Assembly: GCA_051382305.1 (NCBI GenBank)
Contig: JBBCAV010000178.1
Span: 1 to 11,213 of the forward strand
Direction of reading: 5' to 3'
From: Bdellovibrionota bacterium FG-2
GTDB taxonomy: Bacteria; Bdellovibrionota; UBA1018
DNA length: 11,213 bases
The notes beneath the pieces were generated by a model that searched no databases, was not told where the DNA came from, and worked only from the letters and a program-made list of their open reading frames with translations. Both the position numbers and the translations under genes were made by a program. This document shows positions 1 to 8,229 of this stretch, in pieces (position 1 is the stretch's first letter; every line of letters starts with the position of its first letter).

Positions 1-146
1 AACCAGGACAGAAGCCCGGCCAAAAGCCAGGACAGAAGCCCGGCCAAAAACCAGGACAGAAGCCCGGCCAAAAACCAGGACAGAAGCCCGGCCAAAAACC
101 AGGACAGAAGCCCGGCCAAAAACCAGGACAGAAGCCCGGCCAAAAA
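1..146. repeat. 24-bp tandem repeat AACCAGGACAGAAGCCCGGCCAAA, 6 full copies, possibly continuing upstream of the window
   Basis: Units start at 1, 25, 49, 73, 97 and 121, with one substitution at 26. Each unit is a diverged 2x12-bp repeat encoding PGQK twice. Confidence 0.97.
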
Positions 147-167
147 CCTACTAGCGCGGCTTATTAA
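1..167 (+). CDS. 3' end of a 5'-truncated gene with a low-complexity C-terminal tail (PGQK)12-PTSAAY*
   Basis: The frame starting at base 3 reads CCA GGA CAG AAG CCC GGC CAA AAA/AAG repeatedly with no stop until TAA at 165-167. The only unit variant (position 26, AAG vs AAA) is synonymous in this frame. Not in the ORF track. Confidence 0.75.
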   Translation, partial: PGQKPGQKPGQKPGQKPGQKPGQKPGQKPGQKPGQKPGQKPGQKPGQKPTSAAY

Positions 168-231
168 ATCGTCGGTTTCCCTCGATAGGGGGCCTAGAGT
201 TTAAGTCTGTTGAAAGATCAATGAATCATAA

Positions 232-271
232 GACGAGGTGGCTTTGAAAAAGGCTGCCTCGTCGCTTATTT
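232..271 (+). terminator. Putative intrinsic terminator between convergent genes
   Basis: GACGAGGTGGCTTT (232-245), GAAA loop, AAGGCTGCCTCGTC (250-263) form a 14-bp stem with 3 G-U pairs on the + strand, followed by GCTTATTTT. It lies between the stop at 167 (+) and the stop at 266 (-). Confidence 0.65.
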
Positions 272-1075
272 TAGTCGTCTATTCTTCAAAGCGGGAAGCG
301 TTTGTCTGATTCTCTTAATTTCATTAAAATCAATGTCGGCCCATACGACTCCGGGACCTTGGGATTTTTCCGCAATAACCCGGCCCCAGGGATCAATAAT
401 TCTCGTGTGACCAAAGGTGGGGCGACCGGGCGAAGGAGAACCGTGTTGGGCAGCGGCCACAAGATAGGTTTGATTCTCGATGGCCCGCGCCCGCGTAAGC
501 ACGTCCCAGTGGGCTTTGCCCGTGACTTCCGTAAAAGCGGCAGGTGTAAAAATAATCTCTGCCCCCAATGAGGAGAGTTTTCGATAAAGCTCGGGAAAGC
601 GCAGGTCATAACAAATCGAAAGGCCTAGTTTCCCAAATGGCGTCTTAGCCACAATGGGACGCCGGCCAGGTTGAAAAACCTTTGATTCGCGCGTGGGGGA
701 TTCGGGAGGATAGTCGGCATCAAAAAGATGAATTTTGTCGTAGCTTGCCACAAGTTCTCCGTCATTGGAGAATAGAAGGCTCGTGTTGCGAATGCGTTTC
801 GCAGTAGGCCCTCCTCGAAGCGCCACGCTTCCTGCAAGAATCCAGACATTAAATTCAATCGCCCATTCGCGCAGAGATTGGACCGTGTTGTCTTGCATTC
901 TTTCTGCGCCTGAAAGCCATTCGGCGGGACTAGAGCCAATAAATGAAAAAGTTTCAGGCAGAGCCACGAGATCGGCTTTGTTGTTAAGTGCGGCCTCTTG
1001 GATGAGGTCGTGGGCTTGACGGAGGTTGGCGCGAGTGTCATTCGTGGAGGTCATCTGGATGGCGGCGATTCTCAT
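266..1075 (-). CDS. Carbon-nitrogen hydrolase family protein (Nit1/YbeM-like, probable deaminated glutathione amidase)
   Basis: N-terminal MRIAAIQM and the Glu-Lys-Cys triad motifs LPE, YDKIHLFD and ICYDLRFPE, plus TGKAHW, RARAIENQ and GHTRIIDPWG, typical of the Nit1/Nit2 branch. Confidence 0.93.
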   Translation of the reverse strand: MRIAAIQMTSTNDTRANLRQAHDLIQEAALNNKADLVALPETFSFIGSSPAEWLSGAERMQDNTVQSLREWAIEFNVWILAGSVALRGGPTAKRIRNTSLLFSNDGELVASYDKIHLFDADYPPESPTRESKVFQPGRRPIVAKTPFGKLGLSICYDLRFPELYRKLSSLGAEIIFTPAAFTEVTGKAHWDVLTRARAIENQTYLVAAAQHGSPSPGRPTFGHTRIIDPWGRVIAEKSQGPGVVWADIDFNEIKRIRQTLPALKNRRLK

Positions 1076-1159
1076 GGCTATTAGTTTTACCGATGAGGCA
1101 GGGATTGTAAAGCTCCGTCATATCCTTTCCGATATTGCATCCTTGCTCTAATCCCTTTA

Positions 1160-3616
1160 TTGATAGTGAAGGTGACTGATCGAACCCTTTCTTCTCCCGT
1201 ATATCCTGCAGAAGTTTGCTTTCATTGTGGGACTCCTGTTCCCTTGGGGAAACGCGTTCTTGCAGAATCTGAGACGCGTGCGTTGCTTGTTTTTTGTTGC
1301 CAGGGCTGCCGGAGTGTTTTTCAGATTCTGAGTACGCGGGGCCTTGATGCCTATTATGAAATCAAAAAGAAGGCGGGGTCGTTTCGTCCAGCCATACCCG
1401 TGGGGGGCTCTTCTCACGGCGATGACTATTTGGATGACCCAGAATTTGCCCGGCATTACGTCACTCAAGATCAGCAGATGCAATTTTATCTCGAAGGAAT
1501 TCATTGCGCGGCTTGTGTCTGGTTGATCGAGAAAGTCCCCGATTTTGTCCCGGGCGTTATGTCGGTGCGACTAGAGGTGGGCCGTTCAGTGGTAAGTGTT
1601 CAGGCGCAAAAAGGTTTCTCGTGGGCCGCTGTTGCGCGCCAGTTTCGTGAGTTTGGTTACGCTCCTCATCCGATACGAGAGGGGGAGGGGGCGCAGTTTC
1701 AGGCCCTGGAAAATCGATCGTTGCTTATCAAAGTGGGGGTAGCAGGTGCGTGTACAGGAAACATCATGCTTCTTGCGGTGGCACTTTACGGAGGGGCGAC
1801 AGGCGCGCTTGCGGCTTGGTTTCGATGGATTAGTTTTTTTCTGTTTCTGCCCGTTCTTTGCTGGAGTGCAATTCCATTTTATAGAAGCACTTACTCAAAT
1901 CTTCGGATGAAGAGCGTGTCCGTGGATGTTCCTATTGTTATAGGAATCGTGTTTGGCTTTATCGCGAGTGTTGTGAATCTTTTTCAGGGCTCAGTGCATA
2001 TTTATTTTGATTCGTTATCCGCCCTGGTTTTCTTACTCCTTGCGAGTCGATATGTCTTAAGGCGAACGGGGCAAAACGCGCTTCGCTCCTCGAGCCTTGC
2101 GCATTTTATGGGGCCTTCTGTGGCAAGGCGCTTCTGTGGCGCCGGAATTTCAGACTTCCAAGAGGTGGGTGTCGAGGTCCTAAAAACTGGAGATGAGGTC
2201 GATGTTCGTGTGGGCGAGACGATTCCGGTTGATGGAACTGTGCTTCAAGGGGTGTCTCGAATCAATTGTGCTCTGCTTACGGGTGAGAGTGACCCGCAAG
2301 CTGCTACTCCCGGGGATGGCGTGTTTGCGGGAACTCTCAATGAGCAAGCTCCGCTCCGTATTCGGGTGACCGCGTCGGGTTCTGCGACAAGGGTCGGACA
2401 GATTTTACGTACGATTCAGCAAGGCAGTGTAAAAAAGACGCAGATCGTACAGCTCACGGACCGAGTGTCCCGATATTTTGTCGCCGGTGTTTTAGGAGGA
2501 GGGCTGCTGAGTTTTCTGGTGTTTGTCGGATTTTTGCACCTTGGGATTGAAGAGGCGTTGAATCGTACGCTTGCGCTCGTGATCGTGAGTTGTCCTTGTG
2601 CGCTCGCGCTTGCGACTCCGCTGGCTCTCACTCGCGCGATGGGGCAAGCGGCACGAAGGGGAATTCTGATTAAGAACGCCGAAGTGATTGAGAAGATGAC
2701 TGCGGTAAGAAAGGTATTTAGTGATAAGACGGGTACATTGACGGTCGGGCAATATGAGGTGTTGAGCTGGGAGTGGGAGACGGAAGAGAACATCGAGGAC
2801 GTTCGTGAAATTTCGCTTGCTGTGTTGGAACTTGAGAAACGCTCTTCCCATCCGATTGCCAAGGCCATTGTGCGCTATTTGTTGCTTCAAGATCTTGGAG
2901 AAAGTGGAGATATCGACATTATCGATTTTCAGGAGCGCTTAGGGAAGGGAGTCTGTGGTCGATCGAGAGATCACGCTTATGAGCTGCACGCGGTGACGGG
3001 ATTGGACAATGGAGAGCAGAATACCTGTGTTGGGGTTTATCGGGATGGGATTCTTTGCGCAAAAGTAGAACTGGGCGACCCCATCAGGGATGACTCCCGC
3101 CAGGCGATTCGAAGACTTTTGAGGTTAGGGCTGCCGGTTGCGATATTGTCAGGGGATTCTCCCTCTGTGGTGCAAAGTGTGGCTCGCGGAGTCGGGGTGA
3201 GTGATCAAAAAGCAGTCGGAGGGCTAGGGCCTGAACAAAAGCAAAAACGCGTTTTGGAAAGCCCTTTTTCGCTCATGGTAGGAGACGGCGCAAATGACGC
3301 ACAGGCGTTAAGCGCTGCTTATGTTGGCGTCGCGGTACATGGTGGTATGGAAATCAGTCTGAGAGTTGCAGATGTCTATCTCGCGCGCGCGGGGCTTGGG
3401 CCGCTTCTTGAGCTTTTTGATTTGAGCTTTTTGACGATGAAAGTCATTCGTCGAAACCTGGTTTTTTCGTTGATGTACAATGTGCTTGGGATTAGCTTTG
3501 CCCTTACCGGACAGGTGACCCCACTCTTTGCAGCTGTGCTGATGCCGCTCAGTGCTTTGACGGTTTTTGTTTCGTCTTTTGTAGGGCGTACGGGTAGTCG
3601 GAGAAGGATAGAATGA
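1160..3616 (+). CDS. ccoI: Heavy-metal (Cu+) P1B-type ATPase, cbb3 oxidase assembly protein CcoI/FixI
   Basis: N-terminal CFHC...FCCQGC...YY domain, HMA motif GIHCAAC, TGES, CPC, DKTGT, SSHP, GDGAND, and the YN and MPLS TM motifs. It directly precedes ccoS-ccoNO. The start is uncertain (TTG 1160, or GTG 1166/1172). Confidence 0.93.
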   Translation: MIVKVTDRTLSSPVYPAEVCFHCGTPVPLGKRVLAESETRALLVFCCQGCRSVFQILSTRGLDAYYEIKKKAGSFRPAIPVGGSSHGDDYLDDPEFARHYVTQDQQMQFYLEGIHCAACVWLIEKVPDFVPGVMSVRLEVGRSVVSVQAQKGFSWAAVARQFREFGYAPHPIREGEGAQFQALENRSLLIKVGVAGACTGNIMLLAVALYGGATGALAAWFRWISFFLFLPVLCWSAIPFYRSTYSNLRMKSVSVDVPIVIGIVFGFIASVVNLFQGSVHIYFDSLSALVFLLLASRYVLRRTGQNALRSSSLAHFMGPSVARRFCGAGISDFQEVGVEVLKTGDEVDVRVGETIPVDGTVLQGVSRINCALLTGESDPQAATPGDGVFAGTLNEQAPLRIRVTASGSATRVGQILRTIQQGSVKKTQIVQLTDRVSRYFVAGVLGGGLLSFLVFVGFLHLGIEEALNRTLALVIVSCPCALALATPLALTRAMGQAARRGILIKNAEVIEKMTAVRKVFSDKTGTLTVGQYEVLSWEWETEENIEDVREISLAVLELEKRSSHPIAKAIVRYLLLQDLGESGDIDIIDFQERLGKGVCGRSRDHAYELHAVTGLDNGEQNTCVGVYRDGILCAKVELGDPIRDDSRQAIRRLLRLGLPVAILSGDSPSVVQSVARGVGVSDQKAVGGLGPEQKQKRVLESPFSLMVGDGANDAQALSAAYVGVAVHGGMEISLRVADVYLARAGLGPLLELFDLSFLTMKVIRRNLVFSLMYNVLGISFALTGQVTPLFAAVLMPLSALTVFVSSFVGRTGSRRRIE

Positions 3617-3789
3617 ATATCGTTTTTATACTTTTGCCTTTTGCTTTGCTTTTGGGGTTTGGTTTTTTGGCGATATTTATTTGGATGGTAAGTTCGGGTC
3701 AATTTGATGATCTTGAAACGCCCGCTTATCGGGTACTTTTTGAAGATAATGAAACACGAGGGGATGAACCAGGTGACAAGCGTGCGTGA
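3613..3789 (+). CDS. ccoS: cbb3-type oxidase assembly protein CcoS/FixS, 58 aa (absent from the ORF track)
   Basis: Manual translation gives MNIVFILLPFALLLGFGFLAIFIWMVSSGQFDDLETPAYRVLFEDNETRGDEPGDKRA*, one TM helix plus the W...GQFDDLE.PA.R.L signature. The ATG overlaps the ccoI stop (ATGA). Confidence 0.95.
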   Translation: MNIVFILLPFALLLGFGFLAIFIWMVSSGQFDDLETPAYRVLFEDNETRGDEPGDKRA

Positions 3790-5932
3790 AGAATTTTCTT
3801 ACGATGATGGGATAGCTCGACAGTTTGTGATTGCGACGCTATTTTGGGCGTTGGTGACTTTCGGGGTGGGGTTAGTTATTGCCTCGCAGCTTTTCAGTTG
3901 GAGATTGAATTTTAATATTCCGTGGCTGACGTTTGGTCGTCTAAGACCGGTGCACACAAATGCCGCGATTTTTGCGTTTGCAGCGAATGCGGTTTTTGCC
4001 GGAATTTACTATTCTTCGCAGCGCCTTTTGAAAACTCGGATGGCGTCTGATCTTTTGAGTCGAATTCATTTTTGGGGTTGGCAATTCTTGATTGTGGCGG
4101 GCGTTTTGAGTCTCCTCTTGGGATTTACCCAAGGTAAAGAGTATGCGGAGCTCGAGTGGCCTTTTGACATCGCGATGGCAGGACTTTGGGTGATTTTTGC
4201 GATAAATTTTTTCGCGACGATTGCCAAAAGGCGGGAAAAGCATCTCTATGTTTCGATCTGGTTTTATATTGCAACGATTTTGACGGTCGCGCTTCTCCAT
4301 ATTTTTAACTCGCTTGCATTGCCCGTGAGTTTTTTGAAGAGTTATTCGGTTTTTGCGGGAGTCCAAGACGCTATCGTTCAATGGTGGTATGGGCACAACG
4401 CTGTGGCTTTTGTGCTTACCACGCCATTTTTGGGGATGATGTATTATTTTCTCCCTAAGGCGGCCGAAAAACCGATTTATAGCTATCGCTTTTCCATCGT
4501 TCATTTTTGGTCTCTAGTTTTTATCTATATCTGGGCGGGGCCCCACCATTTGCTTTATACCGCAGTTCCTGAGTGGGCCCAGACCTTGGGGATGATTTTT
4601 AGTATCATGCTTATAGCTCCGAGCTGGGGCGGGATGATCAATGGCCTGCTCACCTTGAGAGGCGCGGGGGAGCGTGTGAAAACCGAGCCCGTGCTCAAGT
4701 TTTTGGTCGCGGCGATTTTGTTTTATGGGCTGGCGACGTTTGAAGGTCCGCTTTTGTCGATTAAGTCAGTCAATGCGCTCGCGCATTACACCGAATGGTC
4801 CATTGGGCATGTGCATGGTGGCGCACTGGGGTGGAACGGCCTTTTGAGTTTCGGAATGATTTATTGGCTGGTGCCCAAACTTTGGAAGACCAAACTTTAT
4901 AGCACCAAGCTTGCTAATGTGCACTTTTGGCATGCGATTGCTGGGATTGCATTCTATGTGGTGTCTTTGTGGATTGCAGGAATCCAGCAAGGCTCTCAAA
5001 CACTGGCGATGGATCCGATCACTCATCGCCTGAAGTTTCCGGACTTCATGGCGACGATCACCGCGATTTTGCCTTACTTTCATATTCGGGCTTTGGGTGG
5101 TGCACTGTATCTCGCCGGCGCGGTGATAGGGCTCTACAATATCTGGCGTACTATTCAAACTTCGAAAGTTTCCATGAGACCGTTGCAGAGGCTGTTGCAT
5201 GATGAAAAGTCTTCGGCAGCGCCTCTGCATGGCAAAGTCCATGGTCAAGTACAGGAAAAAGGCCATCGCTTCTTTGAATCCGTTCCCATTGCGTTTACCC
5301 TTCTCACTTTGGTGGCCGTGGGGGTCGCGAGTTTTATTTCGATTGCACCTACTTTCATGGTGAAAGATGTCGTCCCGGTCGATGCTCGCATTAAGCCCTA
5401 TACGCCGCTGGAACACTATGGCCGCGATATTTATTTGCGGGAAGGATGTTATACCTGTCACAGCCAAATGATTCGGCCACTCGTGGCCGAGACGCTTCGC
5501 TATGGGCGGCCCTCGCAGCCTCAGGAGTCCATGTATGATCATCCCCATCAGTGGGGTTCCAAGAGAACGGGGCTTGATTTGGCTCGTGTCGGCGGAAAAT
5601 ATCCTGATCTTTGGCACCTTCGACATCTGTTAGACCCCCGTTCGATGGTTGCCCCTTCGATTATGCCCGCCTATCCTTGGCTGGAAACGACGAAGATGCG
5701 GCTTGGGGATCTTTCACTTAAGTTACAGGTTATGAAACAGTTGGGTGTTCCCTACTCGGATGACGAAGTACAAATGGCAGAGCAACTAGCGGTTTCCCAG
5801 GCAAAACAGATTGCGACGAATCTGCAAACTCAGGCGGGAGCGCAGGGGCATTTTGTGGGGATGGAAGACAAGGAGATTCTCGCTCTGATTGCTTATCTTC
5901 AAAGGTTGGGTAAGGACGGAGCTCAGCCATGA
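3764..5932 (+). CDS. ccoN: cbb3-type cytochrome c oxidase, fused subunits I and II (CcoN-CcoO)
   Basis: CcoN motifs FGRLRPVHTN, KEYAELEW, QWWYGHNAV, YIWAGPHH and GHVH continue in frame into CcoO motifs GRDIYLREGCYTCHSQMIRP, WGSKRTG and SIMPAY. The start is probably ATG 3764 or GTG 3773 (GAGGGG at 3758-3763) rather than 3704. Confidence 0.96.
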   Translation: MNQVTSVREEFSYDDGIARQFVIATLFWALVTFGVGLVIASQLFSWRLNFNIPWLTFGRLRPVHTNAAIFAFAANAVFAGIYYSSQRLLKTRMASDLLSRIHFWGWQFLIVAGVLSLLLGFTQGKEYAELEWPFDIAMAGLWVIFAINFFATIAKRREKHLYVSIWFYIATILTVALLHIFNSLALPVSFLKSYSVFAGVQDAIVQWWYGHNAVAFVLTTPFLGMMYYFLPKAAEKPIYSYRFSIVHFWSLVFIYIWAGPHHLLYTAVPEWAQTLGMIFSIMLIAPSWGGMINGLLTLRGAGERVKTEPVLKFLVAAILFYGLATFEGPLLSIKSVNALAHYTEWSIGHVHGGALGWNGLLSFGMIYWLVPKLWKTKLYSTKLANVHFWHAIAGIAFYVVSLWIAGIQQGSQTLAMDPITHRLKFPDFMATITAILPYFHIRALGGALYLAGAVIGLYNIWRTIQTSKVSMRPLQRLLHDEKSSAAPLHGKVHGQVQEKGHRFFESVPIAFTLLTLVAVGVASFISIAPTFMVKDVVPVDARIKPYTPLEHYGRDIYLREGCYTCHSQMIRPLVAETLRYGRPSQPQESMYDHPHQWGSKRTGLDLARVGGKYPDLWHLRHLLDPRSMVAPSIMPAYPWLETTKMRLGDLSLKLQVMKQLGVPYSDDEVQMAEQLAVSQAKQIATNLQTQAGAQGHFVGMEDKEILALIAYLQRLGKDGAQP

Positions 5933-6114
5933 AGTGGATGATGGGGATTTTTCCGTTTGAGCAGGCGCAGGCGGCGCTGCTTGGAATTTCGTTTGTTGTT
6001 TTTTTGGCTTGGATTTTTTGGGCTTTCCGCGCAAAGGGGCGGGAGGTTTATGATCAGGTCGCTCTTTTGCCGCTGAGCACGGATGCAGGGATTGGTAAGG
6101 GGGATGATGAATGA
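5929..6114 (+). CDS. ccoQ: cbb3-type oxidase small subunit CcoQ
   Basis: 61 aa, single TM helix (F..F..W.F) followed by YDQVALLPL. It lies between ccoNO and ccoP with ATGA overlaps at both ends. Confidence 0.85.
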   Translation: MKWMMGIFPFEQAQAALLGISFVVFLAWIFWAFRAKGREVYDQVALLPLSTDAGIGKGDDE

Positions 6115-6671
6115 AACTTTTAGATGACGATTTTGATGGAATTCGAGAATACGACAACCCTCCGCCTTGGTGGTGGCTTCTCGGATTTTTCATTACCATC
6201 TTGTTTGCGGTCGGCTATTTTTTTTATTATCACGTAGGGCAGGGGCGCAGTCTACAAGACGAGTTTCGAGTGGCTGAAGCTCAGTTGGCTCAAGCCTCCA
6301 CCCAGCAGAGTGCCGCCCAGCCTGCGGCCTCTGGCGAGGATCCGCAGAAGAAAATTCTTGCGATTCTTGCAGATCCTGCACAACAAAAGAGAGGGCAAGT
6401 TTTGTTTCAGGCTCGCTGCGGCGCCTGTCATGGCAATCAAGGTCAGGGTTCAGTGGGGCCAAACCTCGTGGATGAATATTGGTTGCATGGCGGCAAGCCT
6501 GAACAAGTATATCTCGTGATCTCAGATGGATTCCCACAAGGTGGGATGCCGCCTTGGAAAGCCCAGTTGAGTAGTGACGAAATTTGGGCTGTGGTCGCTT
6601 ATATCAAACATCTGGCTCATACGACGCCTCCTAATTCCAAGGCCCCTCAGGGGAAAATAGAAAAGGACTAA
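6111..6671 (+). CDS. ccoP: cbb3-type oxidase subunit III CcoP, short mono-haem form
   Basis: FixP N-terminal motif DGIREYDNPPPWWW, one TM helix, a single CGACH haem motif, GPNLVDEYWLHGG and the axial Met motif GMPPW. Confidence 0.92.
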   Translation: MKLLDDDFDGIREYDNPPPWWWLLGFFITILFAVGYFFYYHVGQGRSLQDEFRVAEAQLAQASTQQSAAQPAASGEDPQKKILAILADPAQQKRGQVLFQARCGACHGNQGQGSVGPNLVDEYWLHGGKPEQVYLVISDGFPQGGMPPWKAQLSSDEIWAVVAYIKHLAHTTPPNSKAPQGKIEKD

Positions 6672-6672
6672 T

Positions 6673-7410
6673 GTGTCTATTTTTGGCGTAGCCCTAGGAT
6701 CGGTTCTTCTTTCAAGTTTCTGGGGGAGCGCGCATTGTGCTGCGATGTGTGGCCCTCTTGTCGTGGCGGTAGGGCAAACACGCTTGAGCGTTGCCGTCTA
6801 TCAACTCGCACGCGGGCTTGGATATTTTCTTTTGGGTATTGCCGCGGGTTACGTGGGTGGAAAAGTTTTAGATCCATCTTGGGGGTCGGGAGGAGCGGGA
6901 TTCGTTCCGTGGCTTGCAGCGTTTGGGATTTCGTTTTCTTTTATCGGGCTTGGGGTGCAGGCCTGGCGTTCTCGGGGGTTTGGGCATTCAAGTCGCTCGG
7001 CATTTTTTCAAAGATTGCAGTCCCGACTCTGGGGCAGAATATTGGCTAAACCCGGCGAGCTAGCTTCGGCTATGGCCGGGGTCCTTAGTATTTTTCTTCC
7101 CTGCGGTTGGCTTCATAGTTTTGTATTAGCGTCGCTTGTTATGCAAAATCCAATGAAGAGTGGTGTTTTTATGCTGGCCTTTTGGGCTGGAACGCTGCCT
7201 GCACTTTCCGCATTGCCGCTTTTCGTACGTACCCTTTTTTCGCCGCTCATGAAAAGGGCACCCCGATTTGTGTCGGTTGTTTTGGTGCTTGTGGGTTTTG
7301 CGACTCTTGGGGTTAAGCTTGTGCCTTGGGTACTCGAGGCACGAGCGTTAGCAGGCGGCGAAGTGATGGGTTGTCACAAGTGTCATGACAAGGCTCAAAA
7401 AGGAGAATGA
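6673..7410 (+). CDS. DsbD_2 / sulfite exporter TauE-SafE-like membrane protein associated with cbb3 assembly
   Basis: Multiple TM helices with SAHCAAMCGP, YQLAR...Y, FLPCGW and MLAFWAGTLP motifs. The GTG start is 1 nt after the ccoP stop. Confidence 0.88.
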   Translation: MSIFGVALGSVLLSSFWGSAHCAAMCGPLVVAVGQTRLSVAVYQLARGLGYFLLGIAAGYVGGKVLDPSWGSGGAGFVPWLAAFGISFSFIGLGVQAWRSRGFGHSSRSAFFQRLQSRLWGRILAKPGELASAMAGVLSIFLPCGWLHSFVLASLVMQNPMKSGVFMLAFWAGTLPALSALPLFVRTLFSPLMKRAPRFVSVVLVLVGFATLGVKLVPWVLEARALAGGEVMGCHKCHDKAQKGE

Positions 7411-7413
7411 AGC

Positions 7414-7815
7414 ATGCCAAGCGTAAATATTAAGAAGGAATTATCGGGAGAAGTTGAAAAGATCATTCCGCTATTGACTCAAGCCTTACAGAAGGAAGGT
7501 TTTGGAATTTTGACGCGAATTGATTTTCATCTGAAAATAAAAGAAAAACTGGGCAAAGATTTGCCGCCCACCGTGATTCTTGGGGCGTGCAATCCCCAAT
7601 TGGCTTTTGAAGCGTATCAGATGAACTCCGACGTGACGAGTCTTCTGCCATGTAACGCCGTCGTCCGAGAGGTCGGCCCTCACAAGATATCCGTAGAACT
7701 TGCGCTTCCCAGTGCGATGATGATCCCGCTTGGGGACCCGATTCTTGTTGATTTGGCGCGCTCAGCCGATGAGAAGCTTCAGAGAGTGCTTGACTCATTA
7801 GCCTTGAGCTTGTGA
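7414..7815 (+). CDS. DUF302 domain-containing protein
   Basis: ALQKEGFGILTRID, ILGACNPQLA and LLPCNAVVRE motifs. SD AAGGAG upstream; starts 3 nt after the previous stop. Confidence 0.9.
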   Translation: MPSVNIKKELSGEVEKIIPLLTQALQKEGFGILTRIDFHLKIKEKLGKDLPPTVILGACNPQLAFEAYQMNSDVTSLLPCNAVVREVGPHKISVELALPSAMMIPLGDPILVDLARSADEKLQRVLDSLALSL

Positions 7816-7821
7816 AGAACC

Positions 7822-7854
7822 GGAAAGAAGAAGGAAAGAAGAAGGAAAGATGAA
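7822..7854. repeat. 11-bp purine-rich direct repeat GGAAAGAAGAA x3 (third copy GGAAAGATGAA)
   Basis: Copies at 7822-7832, 7833-7843 and 7844-7854, immediately upstream of the ATG at 7858. Confidence 0.85.
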
Positions 7855-7857
7855 GAG

Positions 7858-8229
7858 ATGAAATTTCGTGTCTTAGTTGTGGCGTTGTTGACCGTCATGT
7901 CCTTGCGAGCGGTTGCCGCTGAGCCTTCGCCTCTGCCTCGAGATGAGCGGTCACGAGATGAGCGATCAAAGGAATCCGAGGAACTGGCAAATGATTTGTT
8001 GAGTGGAAAAGTTAAAGCTGCGCCCGCTGCTGCAAATGAAAAACCGCGTGTCTATTTTTCGGGCGATTGCAAAGATGAAACAGGGCGGCTCCTGAATCGT
8101 GGCGAAAAGGGATACGACGAATGTCTATCCAGAGTCAGGCTTTCGCCCCGAGTTCCAGGGGAGTCGTCTGTGGGCACCCAGGTGACGACTCCCGGCGTGG
8201 GATTTGAGTTTAAAAGGGGCGCGCAGTAG
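7858..8229 (+). CDS. Small secreted hypothetical protein with one Cys pair
   Basis: Signal-peptide-like N-terminus MKFRVLVVALLTVMSLRAVAA, an RDERS duplication, two Cys (GDCKD...YDECL) and a purine-rich upstream region. Confidence 0.75.
   Translation: MKFRVLVVALLTVMSLRAVAAEPSPLPRDERSRDERSKESEELANDLLSGKVKAAPAAANEKPRVYFSGDCKDETGRLLNRGEKGYDECLSRVRLSPRVPGESSVGTQVTTPGVGFEFKRGAQ

Noticed and set aside
1-146. Possible CRISPR array
   Set aside because: Units are contiguous with no spacers, the length is a multiple of 3, the frame is open, and no cas genes are present.
209-221. FNR-like TTGAAAGATCAA
   Set aside because: The spacing is wrong and it lies between convergent 3' ends.
1076-1175. FNR/FixK box upstream of the cco operon
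   Set aside because: Only a TTGAT half-site (1160-1164) is present, without ATCAA at 4-nt spacing. The 7-bp dyad AGGGATT/AATCCCT (1100-1106/1150-1156) is too short and distant to call.
2711-2745. Atypical FSDKTGT in CcoI as a sign of inactivation
   Set aside because: The phosphorylated Asp and the full DKTGT are intact, and the preceding residue varies among P-type ATPases.
3941-5626. Long antisense ORFs (187 aa and 286 aa) opposite ccoNO
   Set aside because: They are shadow frames of a well-conserved gene with no recognisable motifs. The same applies to the other overlapping track ORFs inside the hydrolase, ccoI, ccoP, DUF302, aminopeptidase and ATPase genes.
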